Assembly (NCBI GenBank): GCA_030622135.1
Contig: JAUXGL010000004.1
Span: 1 to 61,880, forward strand
Direction: 5' to 3'
DNA from: Deltaproteobacteria bacterium
Lineage (GTDB): Bacteria; Myxococcota; B64-G9
Length of the DNA stretch: 61,880 bases
Part shown: in pieces, positions 36,040-45,376 of the stretch
How positions within the stretch are numbered: the stretch's first letter is position 1
How the letters are laid out: the number at the start of each line of letters is the position of its first letter
The notes under the pieces: model-generated
What the model saw: only the letters and a program-made list of their open reading frames with translations
What the model was told of the DNA's origin: nothing
Databases searched by the model: none
Program-made: the position numbers and the translations under genes

Positions 36040-37821
36040 TTGGGAAGTTCTGCACGCATATCTCTCAAAGACAACCCGGGTCAGGAGTGGGAGTTGGGTG
36101 CCGCTCAAATCTTCATAGGGAGCGCGGATAGTAGTGATGTCCGCGTACCCGACGAGTACGTATCTCCCCGTCACAGCCGGATCTATTTCGAGAATGGAAG
36201 CTATGTTATCGAGGGTCTGGGCGATCCTCCCTTGATGGTCAATGGGCGACACGTCACCAAGCAGATTCTCAAAAATGGCGATGAGATTACAGTATCAGAT
36301 TTGAAATACCTTTTCAGTACCCAGGGTTCGTCCGGTTCCGCGCTTAGCCCGAGCACTCCGAGCCAACCGGGTTTTATTGGATCCACTCCCATTGCCGATT
36401 CCGATGCCGGAGAAAAAATTTGCCGGGTGATTTCCAACATCAATCCCGAGGACTACTACGAAGCCGGTGACTATGATTTATTCTTTGGCCGTTCAGAAGA
36501 CTGCGACGTAATCATCCCAGACGAGTACATTTCATCTCGGCAGTCTCGGATATACTCTCACGAGGGGCAATGCGTCATTGAAAACCTGGGTGAAAATCCT
36601 CTTTTGATAAACGGGCGGCCGGTCAAAACTCATGTATTGAGAAACCTGGATGAGATTACCATTTCAGTCAGGAAGTTCACCTTCCACGTTGAAAATCCCG
36701 GGGCCGGCACCGCCGATGCCACTATCATTTCCTCGGCCGAAGACATGTTCTCGGTCTTCGGCGACTCGGATGACGACGAGATCCGCAGACGCAGCCTGGA
36801 GATTGTACGTGCCTTTGAAAAGGCCCACAAAAAGACCAAGCGTCGCTATACCGGCATCATCATTGTCACCGCGATTTTGTTAGTGCTTTCCGGTGGAATT
36901 GCCTTTTACCAACATTCCCAACTGGGTGATCAGCGGGAGATTGCCGAAAACCTGTTCTATCGACTCAAGGAAATGGAGTTGAAGTACGCCAAAAGCGATA
37001 ACCAGGAAAACCTGGCCGAGCGCAAGAAGATGTTGAATGACTACGAAAAACTCCTCAAGCAACAGAAAATCTACAAGAAAATGAGCCGGGAAGACCGGTT
37101 GATCCTCAAGATGGCTCACATGTTTGGGGAATGCGCCATAAACATTCCGCAAGGATTTATCGACGAAGTGCACGAATACATCAATTGGTGGCAAACCGAT
37201 CCCGAAAACAAGCACCGCTTGAAAAACTCCATCACCCGGGCCAAAAAGAAAAAACTGGATCGCTACATCCCTGAAATCATGATGCAGCACGGCCTGCCTC
37301 CGCAGTATTTCTACCTGGCCCTGAACGAGACCAATTTCAACGAGAAAATAGTCGGGCCGAGCACCAGATATGGATTTGCCAAGGGCATGTGGCAGTTCAT
37401 TCCCGATACCGCCAGGAGGTTTGGCCTCGAAACCGGTCGCCTGGTCGAGGAGCCAAAATACGACCCCGGTGACGATCGCCATGACATACAAAAATCCACC
37501 AACGCCGCCGCCCGGTATATCCGGGACATTTACGAGACCAAAGCCAAGGCCTCCGGACTTTTGGTGATAGCTTCATACAATTGGGGGGAACACCGGGTAA
37601 TTCGTGCCGTCGATAAAATGCCCGACAATCCCCGCGAAAGAAACTTCTGGCGCCTGCTGACCGATTTTGGAAACCAACTCCCGGAAGAAACCCACAACTA
37701 CGTCTTCAGAATCTTCTCGGCCGCGGTCATTGGAGAAGATCCCCAACTCTTCGGCTTTGACTTTGAAAACCCCCTGGCCTGGACCAAAGAGACCGATCAT
37801 ACCGAAGAGGAAGCCGGCTAA
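36040..37821 (+). CDS. Tandem FHA-like domains + TM helix + coiled coil + lytic transglycosylase (SLT/MltD-like)
   Basis: Two FHA-like repeats (IGS..VSPRHSRI; FGR..ISSRQSRI), TM YTGIIIVTAILLVLSGGIAFY, SLT motifs LALNETNF, AKGMWQFIPDTA, ASYNWGE, ETHNYV. Confidence 0.88.
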   Translation: MGSSARISLKDNPGQEWELGAAQIFIGSADSSDVRVPDEYVSPRHSRIYFENGSYVIEGLGDPPLMVNGRHVTKQILKNGDEITVSDLKYLFSTQGSSGSALSPSTPSQPGFIGSTPIADSDAGEKICRVISNINPEDYYEAGDYDLFFGRSEDCDVIIPDEYISSRQSRIYSHEGQCVIENLGENPLLINGRPVKTHVLRNLDEITISVRKFTFHVENPGAGTADATIISSAEDMFSVFGDSDDDEIRRRSLEIVRAFEKAHKKTKRRYTGIIIVTAILLVLSGGIAFYQHSQLGDQREIAENLFYRLKEMELKYAKSDNQENLAERKKMLNDYEKLLKQQKIYKKMSREDRLILKMAHMFGECAINIPQGFIDEVHEYINWWQTDPENKHRLKNSITRAKKKKLDRYIPEIMMQHGLPPQYFYLALNETNFNEKIVGPSTRYGFAKGMWQFIPDTARRFGLETGRLVEEPKYDPGDDRHDIQKSTNAAARYIRDIYETKAKASGLLVIASYNWGEHRVIRAVDKMPDNPRERNFWRLLTDFGNQLPEETHNYVFRIFSAAVIGEDPQLFGFDFENPLAWTKETDHTEEEAG

Positions 37822-37905
37822 TCCGCTTATTTTTTGGGAGAGCGGGAACGACGATCCGGGGCCTTACCAAAAACCAATGCCTGTGCTAACACCCCACTTT
37901 GAAAC

Positions 37906-38631
37906 TCAGAGGTAAGGGTTGTCCCGTGGAGAATGTGCTTTGTTTTTCCTATGAGTTGGTTTGCCTGGTTGTTCTTTCTTCTCTTCAGTAGTTGCCTGAA
38001 TAATTGCCCGGGGACCCAATTTTAGCTCAAGATCCAATGGCTTGATGATGATTTCCTCTTCCTTCCATAGCCATGCCCCGGTCTTCTTGTGAATGATTGG
38101 TATGGGAATCACCTGGGTCATGTCTTTGGGCTTAGACTCGAAATACCCGGCGGTTATGCCCAGGTAGCGGGTATTTTCGGCCCGGTCCAGGGGGATGTTT
38201 TTAATCTCGGAGGGGCCGATTTCCACTCCTGTGTGGTCGGTTACGTCATCTCCTAAGGGATTTTCCTCACATTCCACCAGTTGCGACAGTTTTTCAGGAT
38301 TCTTGGCCCAAGCGTTGAATAGTTTGGTGTTGCCCAGTTGGTAAATGCACAAGACCAGGGTGTGGGCTTCGTTCTCGAACCAGTTCAGCTTGGGGTCGGC
38401 CTTGATACGCAGCTTGATGGCTTTTTCCTGAGCGGGAATCACCGCCTGGCTGCGCTGCTGGGGCGTGGCTGGTTTTTGCACAACGGCGCAGCCCACGGCA
38501 ACCAAGGCGATTATTGCCGGCAACCAGGCCTGGAATGCCCATTTTGCCTGATTATCCAGGGATCTGCCCGCAGAGCATAGGTAATTTCTGATAGGCGTCG
38601 AGTTCACCCATTTTCTTGCCTGGTTTTCCAT
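37906..38631 (-). CDS. tssJ: T6SS outer-membrane lipoprotein TssJ
   Basis: Lipobox VAVGC; ADPKLN...LCIYQL...RYLGITAGYF; next to T6SS core genes. Start position uncertain. Confidence 0.85.
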   Translation of the reverse strand: MENQARKWVNSTPIRNYLCSAGRSLDNQAKWAFQAWLPAIIALVAVGCAVVQKPATPQQRSQAVIPAQEKAIKLRIKADPKLNWFENEAHTLVLCIYQLGNTKLFNAWAKNPEKLSQLVECEENPLGDDVTDHTGVEIGPSEIKNIPLDRAENTRYLGITAGYFESKPKDMTQVIPIPIIHKKTGAWLWKEEEIIIKPLDLELKLGPRAIIQATTEEKKEQPGKPTHRKNKAHSPRDNPYL

Positions 38632-39153
38632 GGGTTAATGCTCTCCTGTGTTTGGTCGGAAATCACCCAACCATTAGTTGGTAAGCCCGCAACGTAGTGG
38701 TTAATAATTAGGCGAGAAACCCGGTATTGTCAACTATCTATAATAAGCCCCAATCAACCACCATGCCCACAAGAATCGGAGTAAGCCAATGACTACCCAA
38801 AGGAACTCGCGATGTCCGTTGCCACAGTTACGGTGAACGAATTGGCACACCGGCCTCGCGCAAGGTGCCAACGGTGCGCGGTTGATTGGGGTTGCCGCGA
38901 AAGGTGGGTGGGAGATCTTGGTTGCCCGTAATTGGTTGACATTGAACGAAAACTGGAATACATAGCCACCCAAACTGTCTGATGAATTATGCAGATGGTG
39001 CGGTGTCAGGTTTTCATGGATTTCAAGGGAGGGCAGACTTCTGAAATGCCAATAAACCGACCGCATCGAAGTACAGAGAAGTGGAGCTGATTCGATGTAT
39101 TTGGGCACCAACGGGATCAGAGAGTCGGGAGCTGATCGGACAGGAGCGCGAAA

Positions 39154-40515
39154 GTGAATGCCGACAGGCCGATTTTCTGGCATCAGGGTCTGTTTTTGCA
39201 ACCCCAACATTTACAGCTCAACGACCGGTACCAGAGCTCGCTGGTCACCTCCCTGATCCGCTACGCCGGGACCCATTTGTTTGGAGTAGCCGACCTCCAG
39301 ATACAGGCGTCGAGCCTGGCCAATCAGCAGTTCGAGATACTTAAAGGAGAGTTCATCTTTCCCGACGGTACCCCGGCGGTTTTCCCGGGCAATACGGTCA
39401 TCAAGCCGCGATCCTTCGATGGAGCCTGGCAAGAGGCCGGCAAACCGTTTCCGGTTTACCTGGGGCTGCGCAAATGGAGCGCCAACGGCGAAAACGTTAC
39501 CGTGGTCTCCCAACCGGAAGAAATGGCCCGGGTGAACAGCCGCTTCGCCACCACTGACGATCCCGACGATGTCAACGATCATCACGGCAAGGGGCCCCCG
39601 GCCAAGGTCAAGCGCCTCAACCATGTAGTCAGGTTGTTCTGGGAAACCGAGAGGGACATGATGGACGAATACTCCCTGATTCCCATCGCCCAACTGGAGC
39701 GCGACGGGGGGGAGATCCGGCTGTCGAGACACTTTGTTCCGCCCAGCCTGACCATGGCCGCCTCGGAAAAACTGCTCAAAACCTTAAAGGACATCCGCGA
39801 TCAAGTCTCCTCGCGTAGCCGCCAGCTCGAGCAATACAAGAGCACCAAGGAAGTGCACTCATTGTTATTGGCGCTGTATGCGCTCAACCGGAACGTCCCG
39901 GTCCTGAACCAGCTCAACGAGACCAAGGATGTTCACCCCTGGGTGGTTTACGGGACACTCCGGCAGCTGGTGGGTGAGCTGTCCACGTTTGTATCCGGCC
40001 GGAGCGCGACCGGGGAAGGGTCTGATGGCACGTCGGCCCTGCCGCCCTACAACCACCAGAACTGCTGGCCGTGCTTCTCGGCCGCGCATCAGCTCATCGG
40101 CAGGCTGCTCGAGGGCCTGGTGTCCGGGCCCGAGCACCTGATCCGGATGGATTTTGACGGCAACTACTACAACGCCAGCATACCCAAGGATCTGATTGAT
40201 CCGCAGAACGCCTTCTGGCTGGTTCTGCAGACCGAGAGCAACGCCGCCGTGGTCAAGAGCGCCGTCGGCCAGGTGGTCAAGCTGGCCACCTCCCAGACCT
40301 TACCCACTCTGATCGCCCGGGCGCTGCCCGGCATTTCGCTTAGCTACCATCCGGGAACTCCGCCGGGCTTGCCCCAACGCACCAACACCCACTTCTTCCG
40401 CATAGACACCAATAGCCGCTTATGGGCCGGCGTAGAGCAAACCGAGGGTCTGCTCCTGTACTGGGACCGATCGCCAGCCGACCTGGTGGCCGAGATAATC
40501 GTGGCGAAGGAATAA
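39154..40515 (+). CDS. tssK: T6SS baseplate subunit TssK
   Basis: IFWHQGLFLQPQHLQ, PDGT, FVPPSL, ALPGI. Confidence 0.95.
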   Translation: MNADRPIFWHQGLFLQPQHLQLNDRYQSSLVTSLIRYAGTHLFGVADLQIQASSLANQQFEILKGEFIFPDGTPAVFPGNTVIKPRSFDGAWQEAGKPFPVYLGLRKWSANGENVTVVSQPEEMARVNSRFATTDDPDDVNDHHGKGPPAKVKRLNHVVRLFWETERDMMDEYSLIPIAQLERDGGEIRLSRHFVPPSLTMAASEKLLKTLKDIRDQVSSRSRQLEQYKSTKEVHSLLLALYALNRNVPVLNQLNETKDVHPWVVYGTLRQLVGELSTFVSGRSATGEGSDGTSALPPYNHQNCWPCFSAAHQLIGRLLEGLVSGPEHLIRMDFDGNYYNASIPKDLIDPQNAFWLVLQTESNAAVVKSAVGQVVKLATSQTLPTLIARALPGISLSYHPGTPPGLPQRTNTHFFRIDTNSRLWAGVEQTEGLLLYWDRSPADLVAEIIVAKE

Positions 40516-40520
40516 GCCTG

Positions 40521-41810
40521 ATGTCTCTGATCGCTTGTTTCCAGGAAGTCATCGCATACACTTCGTATCTGATCGAGAGCGAGGACCGCTCCGGCCTTTC
40601 CTTCGAGGCGGTCAGAGGCGATCTGGATAAATTATTCGCCGAGGCCGACCAGATCGGTCAGAGCTATCCAGCGGGTACGCCCGGCAGCCAGATACCCGTG
40701 GTTGCCGATCCGCCTCCGGCCGGAGGCGGAAATCTCACGCCGCAGACAGACTCGGCCGCCAGGACGGTATTGAGACCCGCGGTTCAGGTATCGAACCCGG
40801 TATTGATCATAGAGAGTGCCCAGGGGTCTTCCTCCGTGGAGGTCAACCGGGACCCATTCGTGCTGGGCCGAGCTATAGAGTGCAACGCCGTGATCAATGA
40901 CAATCTGGCATCTCGCAGACACTGCCGGATTGATCACAGAAACGACGGCTTATGGTACGTGGTGGATCTCAAATCGGGAAACGGCACAGAGGTCAACAAC
41001 CAGCCCATCGAGCAGCAGGTGCTTAGCGACGGAGACAAGCTGCGGGTGGGTGATACCTTCATTACCTTCAACCTGGCGGTCACCGACCAGCCGGCAGCCC
41101 CCATGCACTCAGCGCATGAACCGGTCACCTCCGCCCCCCCGGCGCCGGCTTTCCCACCCGCTGCAAGACCCCGTACGTCTTCGGTCGCCGGCGAGGTCGG
41201 CGTAGTCACATCCGCCTCCCCGGCGCCGGCTTTCCCACCCGCTGCAAGACCTCGTACGTCTTCGGCCGCCGGCGAGGACGGCGTAAGTGCCACCGACTAC
41301 GAAAACGCCAAGTTTGCCGTGTGTGCCTGGGTGGATGAAGCCATCCTGACCTCCTCCTGGGAAGGTCGAATGGAATGGCTCAAACAGCCTTTGCAGCGAC
41401 GTTTTTTCAATACCACCAACGCCGGCGAGGAGTTCGTCGAGCGCTTGCGGAAACTCGGGCCTGAGAAAAAATCGGTACGGGAAATCTACTCCCTGTGCCT
41501 GGCCATGGGATTCACCGGACCCTTCTACCAGGACGACACCGCTGCCTTGGAAGAGCTCAAGCAGCATAATTACCAGCACTTGTGGGGCGGCAAACCCGGC
41601 GATCAGGAACTTATGGGAAAGTCCCTTTTCCCGGCAGCCTACCCAACCAGCATGCCGCTGAAAAAGGGAAGCCAGAAGAAGTGGAAGTGGCAACCCCTGG
41701 TAAGCCTGGGCCTGATTTTCGGTACGCCGTTGCTGGTGCTGATCCTGTACTGGATCTATAGCGGCATTCTTGACGGCATGGTTCAAGGCATTCTGGAGTC
41801 AGCCCAGTAG
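40521..41810 (+). CDS. tssL: T6SS TssL/DotU with an internally inserted FHA domain
   Basis: DotU motifs AKFAVCAWVDEAIL, LQRRFFNTTNAGEEF, EIYSLCLAMGFTG, C-terminal TM; FHA (LGR..ASRRHCRI..DLKSGNGTEVN) at about 40800-41075. Confidence 0.9.
   Translation: MSLIACFQEVIAYTSYLIESEDRSGLSFEAVRGDLDKLFAEADQIGQSYPAGTPGSQIPVVADPPPAGGGNLTPQTDSAARTVLRPAVQVSNPVLIIESAQGSSSVEVNRDPFVLGRAIECNAVINDNLASRRHCRIDHRNDGLWYVVDLKSGNGTEVNNQPIEQQVLSDGDKLRVGDTFITFNLAVTDQPAAPMHSAHEPVTSAPPAPAFPPAARPRTSSVAGEVGVVTSASPAPAFPPAARPRTSSAAGEDGVSATDYENAKFAVCAWVDEAILTSSWEGRMEWLKQPLQRRFFNTTNAGEEFVERLRKLGPEKKSVREIYSLCLAMGFTGPFYQDDTAALEELKQHNYQHLWGGKPGDQELMGKSLFPAAYPTSMPLKKGSQKKWKWQPLVSLGLIFGTPLLVLILYWIYSGILDGMVQGILESAQ
41124..41285 (+). 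repeat. 81-bp in-frame tandem duplication in the TssL linker
   Basis: VTSAPPAPAFPPAARPRTSSVAGEVGV / VTSASPAPAFPPAARPRTSSAAGEDGV. Confidence 0.93.
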
Positions 41811-41838
41811 AGCAGCGAAAGGTCACCGAGGGACACGG

Positions 41839-44800
41839 ATGAGGAGATACGTCAAGCCGGCATTGATCCTGACCGCCATCGTACTTGTCATTCTGGTCAT
41901 TTGCATCATGGCGAGAACCTGGGGCGAGTGGCAGTGGATCTCGGTGGCGATCCTCGGCGTGGGAATGTCCGCTTTGGCCCTGGGGATCTTCTTTCTGAAG
42001 AAATGGCTTTTTCGGCGCAGTGACAAGAAGTTCGTCGGCGGCATCATGGACGAAGAGGAGGATGCCGCCAAACATGTGGTTGCCGCGGACCAGCAGGCCA
42101 TAGGCGATCTGCAGAAGCGCTGGAAAGACGCCATGGAGGCGCTCAGGCGCGCCCACATGAAAAAGAAGGGACAGGCCTACCAGGTGCAGCCCTGGTTTAT
42201 GATCATGGGCGAGCCGGGTTCGGGGAAGACCGCGGCCATCAAGGGCTCGCGGCTGCATTCTGCACTGACCGACGTGAGCCCGTCCTCGGCAACCTCGGGA
42301 ACCGGCAACTGTGACTGGTGGTTCTTCGAGAAATCCCTGATTTTGGACACGGCGGGACGTTACACCGTTTGGGCCGATGAAGATCAGGACAAGCCGGAGT
42401 GGCGCGAGTTCGTGATGCTTCTGGCCAAGTATCGCAAGAGAAAACCCATCAACGGCCTGATTGTCACCGTGGCGGCCGACAAGCTGGTGAATGCCGAGCC
42501 CGACGCCCTGGCCGATTACGGCCGCACCATCCGCCGCCGCATCAACGAGTTGATGCGTGCCTTTGGAACCCGGTTTCCGGTATATGTGCTGGTTACCAAG
42601 ATCGATCAGATGTTCGGGGTGATGGCCTTATGCGATCAGCTTCCCGAGGAGGCCCTGGGTTCAGCCATGGGCCGCGCCAACTCGGCCTTGAGAGCGGACG
42701 CGGTCGGTGTGCTGGAAAGGACTTTCGTCGAGATCCCTGATCGCATCCGGGGCCTGGAAGTGCTGCTTCTGCACCGCGGAGAAGAGCCCGACCCCGGAAT
42801 CTTGCTTCTGCCCGAAGAGTTTGCCAAGCTCAAGCCCGGCCTGGGACGTTTCGTGGAGGCGATTTTCCAAAAGAGCGGGTACCACGAAGATCCCATCCTG
42901 AGAGGGATCTACTTCTCCAGTGCCAGGCAGGAGACCTCCGATGTCAAGCTGCCGGCATCCCTGAGTGCTTTCCAGTCGAGCCAGAAGGAGCGTCCGGGCG
43001 GCTTCAGGGGGCTGTTTCTGAGGGATTTCTTCTCCAAAATTCTGCCGGGTGACAAGGAGCTGTTGGCCCCCCTGATGGAGGCGGTGGCCACCCAGCGCAA
43101 AATCAAGACCATCGGTGTGGCTGCATGGATAGCCATCATGATCTTCATCGCGGGATTGCTGACCATTTCGTTCTTCAAGAACCTGGGTATCATTGATTCT
43201 TTCAAGCACGATCTGGAGTTTCCCTCACTGGAAGCCGGCGGGGAAGTTGACGCCCAGGAGGCCAAACAGGAAGAAAACGCCGACCGCATGGCTAAATTCC
43301 AGGCCAAGCTCACCAAGTTGCATAAGGAGACCGAGAAAGGCATTCCCATTGATATGGGCCTGGATGCCAGCGAAAGGCTGACCGAGGCGGCCAAGAAGGC
43401 TTTCTGTCAGTTACTGCGTAAGCACTTCCTGGACGAACTGGATAAGAGAATCACCGACAATATCAAAAACCTGTCGGTGGAAGCCTCTAAAGAATTCATA
43501 GGCAAATACGCCGAGCATCTGCAAACCCGGGTTGGCCTGCTGAAGACCAGGCTGAGCAAAGACCAGGACGGGGACCAACTGCTGAAGGAATTGAAAAGCG
43601 CCTCTGAAAGCATCTTCAAAGACCTGAGGGCCATCGACGTAAGGCTTATCCCGGATATGGTCTCCGAGCACATGTTTGCCCTCTACCAGGGTTACCTGCT
43701 GTGGGATCAGAACCGCGAGATGCTGGAGCAAGAAAAAACAGACCTGACCGGAAATCTGATAACCTTGGCGGTCAAGGGCGAGAATCTCAACTGGTTGGTC
43801 GGCTGGGCCAACCTGCTGCCGGACATCAAAAAAATCACCATGGCCCAGTTCTGGGGACGCGAAACAGAGGCAGCGGAATATAACTACGTTCCCAGGGCCT
43901 ATACCCGCGAGGGGCAAAAGAAAATTTTCGGGTTCATTGATCGCACCCTGGAACTGCTGGTGGACGATGACATCAACCACGGCAAGCTGCTTGGCCGCAA
44001 GAATAAATTCCAGAACTGGTATCAAAGCCAATACCTGAAGGCCTGGCGCAGGTTCTGTAAGAATTTCATACTGGATTCCCGGCAGCTTGAGGAATCCGAA
44101 CGCATCCAGTTGGCCCAGGACATGGGAGATCCTAAGAAGAATCCTTACTTCAGGTTGCTAGACAGCATGGCAGACCACCTGTCGGACTTGCCCCATAAGG
44201 ACGAAGCACAAAAGTGGGTCAAGTGGGCGACTGAATTCCCACGTAATCGGAAATTGGCTGAGGGTGTTTTGATGGCCAACAAAGAGGGGAGTACGGCAGA
44301 CGACGAGAAACCGAATCAACGCCGCTTTTCAGATAAAGCGATAACAGCCAAAATGCCACAGAAGCTGGCAGCCTATGTGAAATGGCTGAAAGAAGTCGGC
44401 AAGAAGGTCAAGTCGGACAAGGACACTTACAAGATGTTCTCCAAGCTCTATCAACGCGAGCGGTCGAACCCCCTATTTGAATCCTATACCGCATACAAGA
44501 AGATCGAACGCCTTTATAACCAGTCTCGAGAAAGAAACCCCTACCTGGCGTTGCTGGCCGGGCCCGTGGCTTACCAGCTCAACTACGCGGGGGCAGTGAC
44601 CCGTGACAGGATCCAGGAGCAATGGAGAGAAAAGGTGTTGTCCCGGGCAGACGGCTTGAGCGGGCCGGATCTCAAGGATGCACTGTTCGGAGAGGGCGGA
44701 GTGGTCCGGAAATTCGTCAAGGAGAGCCCGGGTAGTACCTTCATTGAATATCAGGCCACCAGCGGCAGATACGTGCCCAAGAGGGCCCTGGGCAACCGCT

Positions 44801-45330
44801 TTCCCTTCAGTCAGAAGTTCCTGGAATTTGTGAACAAGGGATTCAGACTGACCTCCGGGAAGGTCAAGGACGAGTACAAGATCAAGGTTAGGTTCAAGCC
44901 CACCGGTGCTGAAGGGGGAAAGATCTCTAAGACCGTGCTAACTCTGCAGTGCGGTGATATGGAATTGCAGAAGCTAGAGAACCGGAATTTTGGCAAACCC
45001 CCGCAGTCGTTCACGTGGAAGCCGGGGACCTGTGGAGATGTGAGGCTGGAGATGTTTTTCAAGAAGGGATTCAGGGTCTCCAGGGTTTACAAGGGGGCCT
45101 ATGGGTTCCGCGATTTCATGAAGGATTTTCGCACGGGAGCGCGGGTGTTCGTTGGTGAAAGATTTTCTCGAGAAGACCGGGAGAAACTCAAAAGACATGG
45201 CGTTCGCAGCATCACGGTCAAGTACAAATTCTCCGGCCAGGACGCCAAGGCCGTTGGTAAGTTGAGTTCGATTACGTTGCCACGAACACCTCGGGCTATA
45301 ATCCAGAAACCCACCCGGCTTTTCAAGTGA
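41839..45330 (+). CDS. tssM: T6SS membrane subunit TssM/IcmF
   Basis: N-terminal TMs, PWFMIMGEPGSGKT, CDWWFF, LDTAGRY, PINGLIV, FPVYVLVTKID, LRGIYFSSA. Confidence 0.93.
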   Translation: MRRYVKPALILTAIVLVILVICIMARTWGEWQWISVAILGVGMSALALGIFFLKKWLFRRSDKKFVGGIMDEEEDAAKHVVAADQQAIGDLQKRWKDAMEALRRAHMKKKGQAYQVQPWFMIMGEPGSGKTAAIKGSRLHSALTDVSPSSATSGTGNCDWWFFEKSLILDTAGRYTVWADEDQDKPEWREFVMLLAKYRKRKPINGLIVTVAADKLVNAEPDALADYGRTIRRRINELMRAFGTRFPVYVLVTKIDQMFGVMALCDQLPEEALGSAMGRANSALRADAVGVLERTFVEIPDRIRGLEVLLLHRGEEPDPGILLLPEEFAKLKPGLGRFVEAIFQKSGYHEDPILRGIYFSSARQETSDVKLPASLSAFQSSQKERPGGFRGLFLRDFFSKILPGDKELLAPLMEAVATQRKIKTIGVAAWIAIMIFIAGLLTISFFKNLGIIDSFKHDLEFPSLEAGGEVDAQEAKQEENADRMAKFQAKLTKLHKETEKGIPIDMGLDASERLTEAAKKAFCQLLRKHFLDELDKRITDNIKNLSVEASKEFIGKYAEHLQTRVGLLKTRLSKDQDGDQLLKELKSASESIFKDLRAIDVRLIPDMVSEHMFALYQGYLLWDQNREMLEQEKTDLTGNLITLAVKGENLNWLVGWANLLPDIKKITMAQFWGRETEAAEYNYVPRAYTREGQKKIFGFIDRTLELLVDDDINHGKLLGRKNKFQNWYQSQYLKAWRRFCKNFILDSRQLEESERIQLAQDMGDPKKNPYFRLLDSMADHLSDLPHKDEAQKWVKWATEFPRNRKLAEGVLMANKEGSTADDEKPNQRRFSDKAITAKMPQKLAAYVKWLKEVGKKVKSDKDTYKMFSKLYQRERSNPLFESYTAYKKIERLYNQSRERNPYLALLAGPVAYQLNYAGAVTRDRIQEQWREKVLSRADGLSGPDLKDALFGEGGVVRKFVKESPGSTFIEYQATSGRYVPKRALGNRFPFSQKFLEFVNKGFRLTSGKVKDEYKIKVRFKPTGAEGGKISKTVLTLQCGDMELQKLENRNFGKPPQSFTWKPGTCGDVRLEMFFKKGFRVSRVYKGAYGFRDFMKDFRTGARVFVGERFSREDREKLKRHGVRSITVKYKFSGQDAKAVGKLSSITLPRTPRAIIQKPTRLFK

Positions 45331-45376
45331 AGAGCGGCGCCGGGGTGTGAGTGCAAAGGGAGGGAAACCCGATAGC

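Noticed and set aside
38843-38860. TGGCAC in the tssJ-tssK intergenic region as a sigma54 promoter
   Set aside because: The -12 GC is not at the required spacing.
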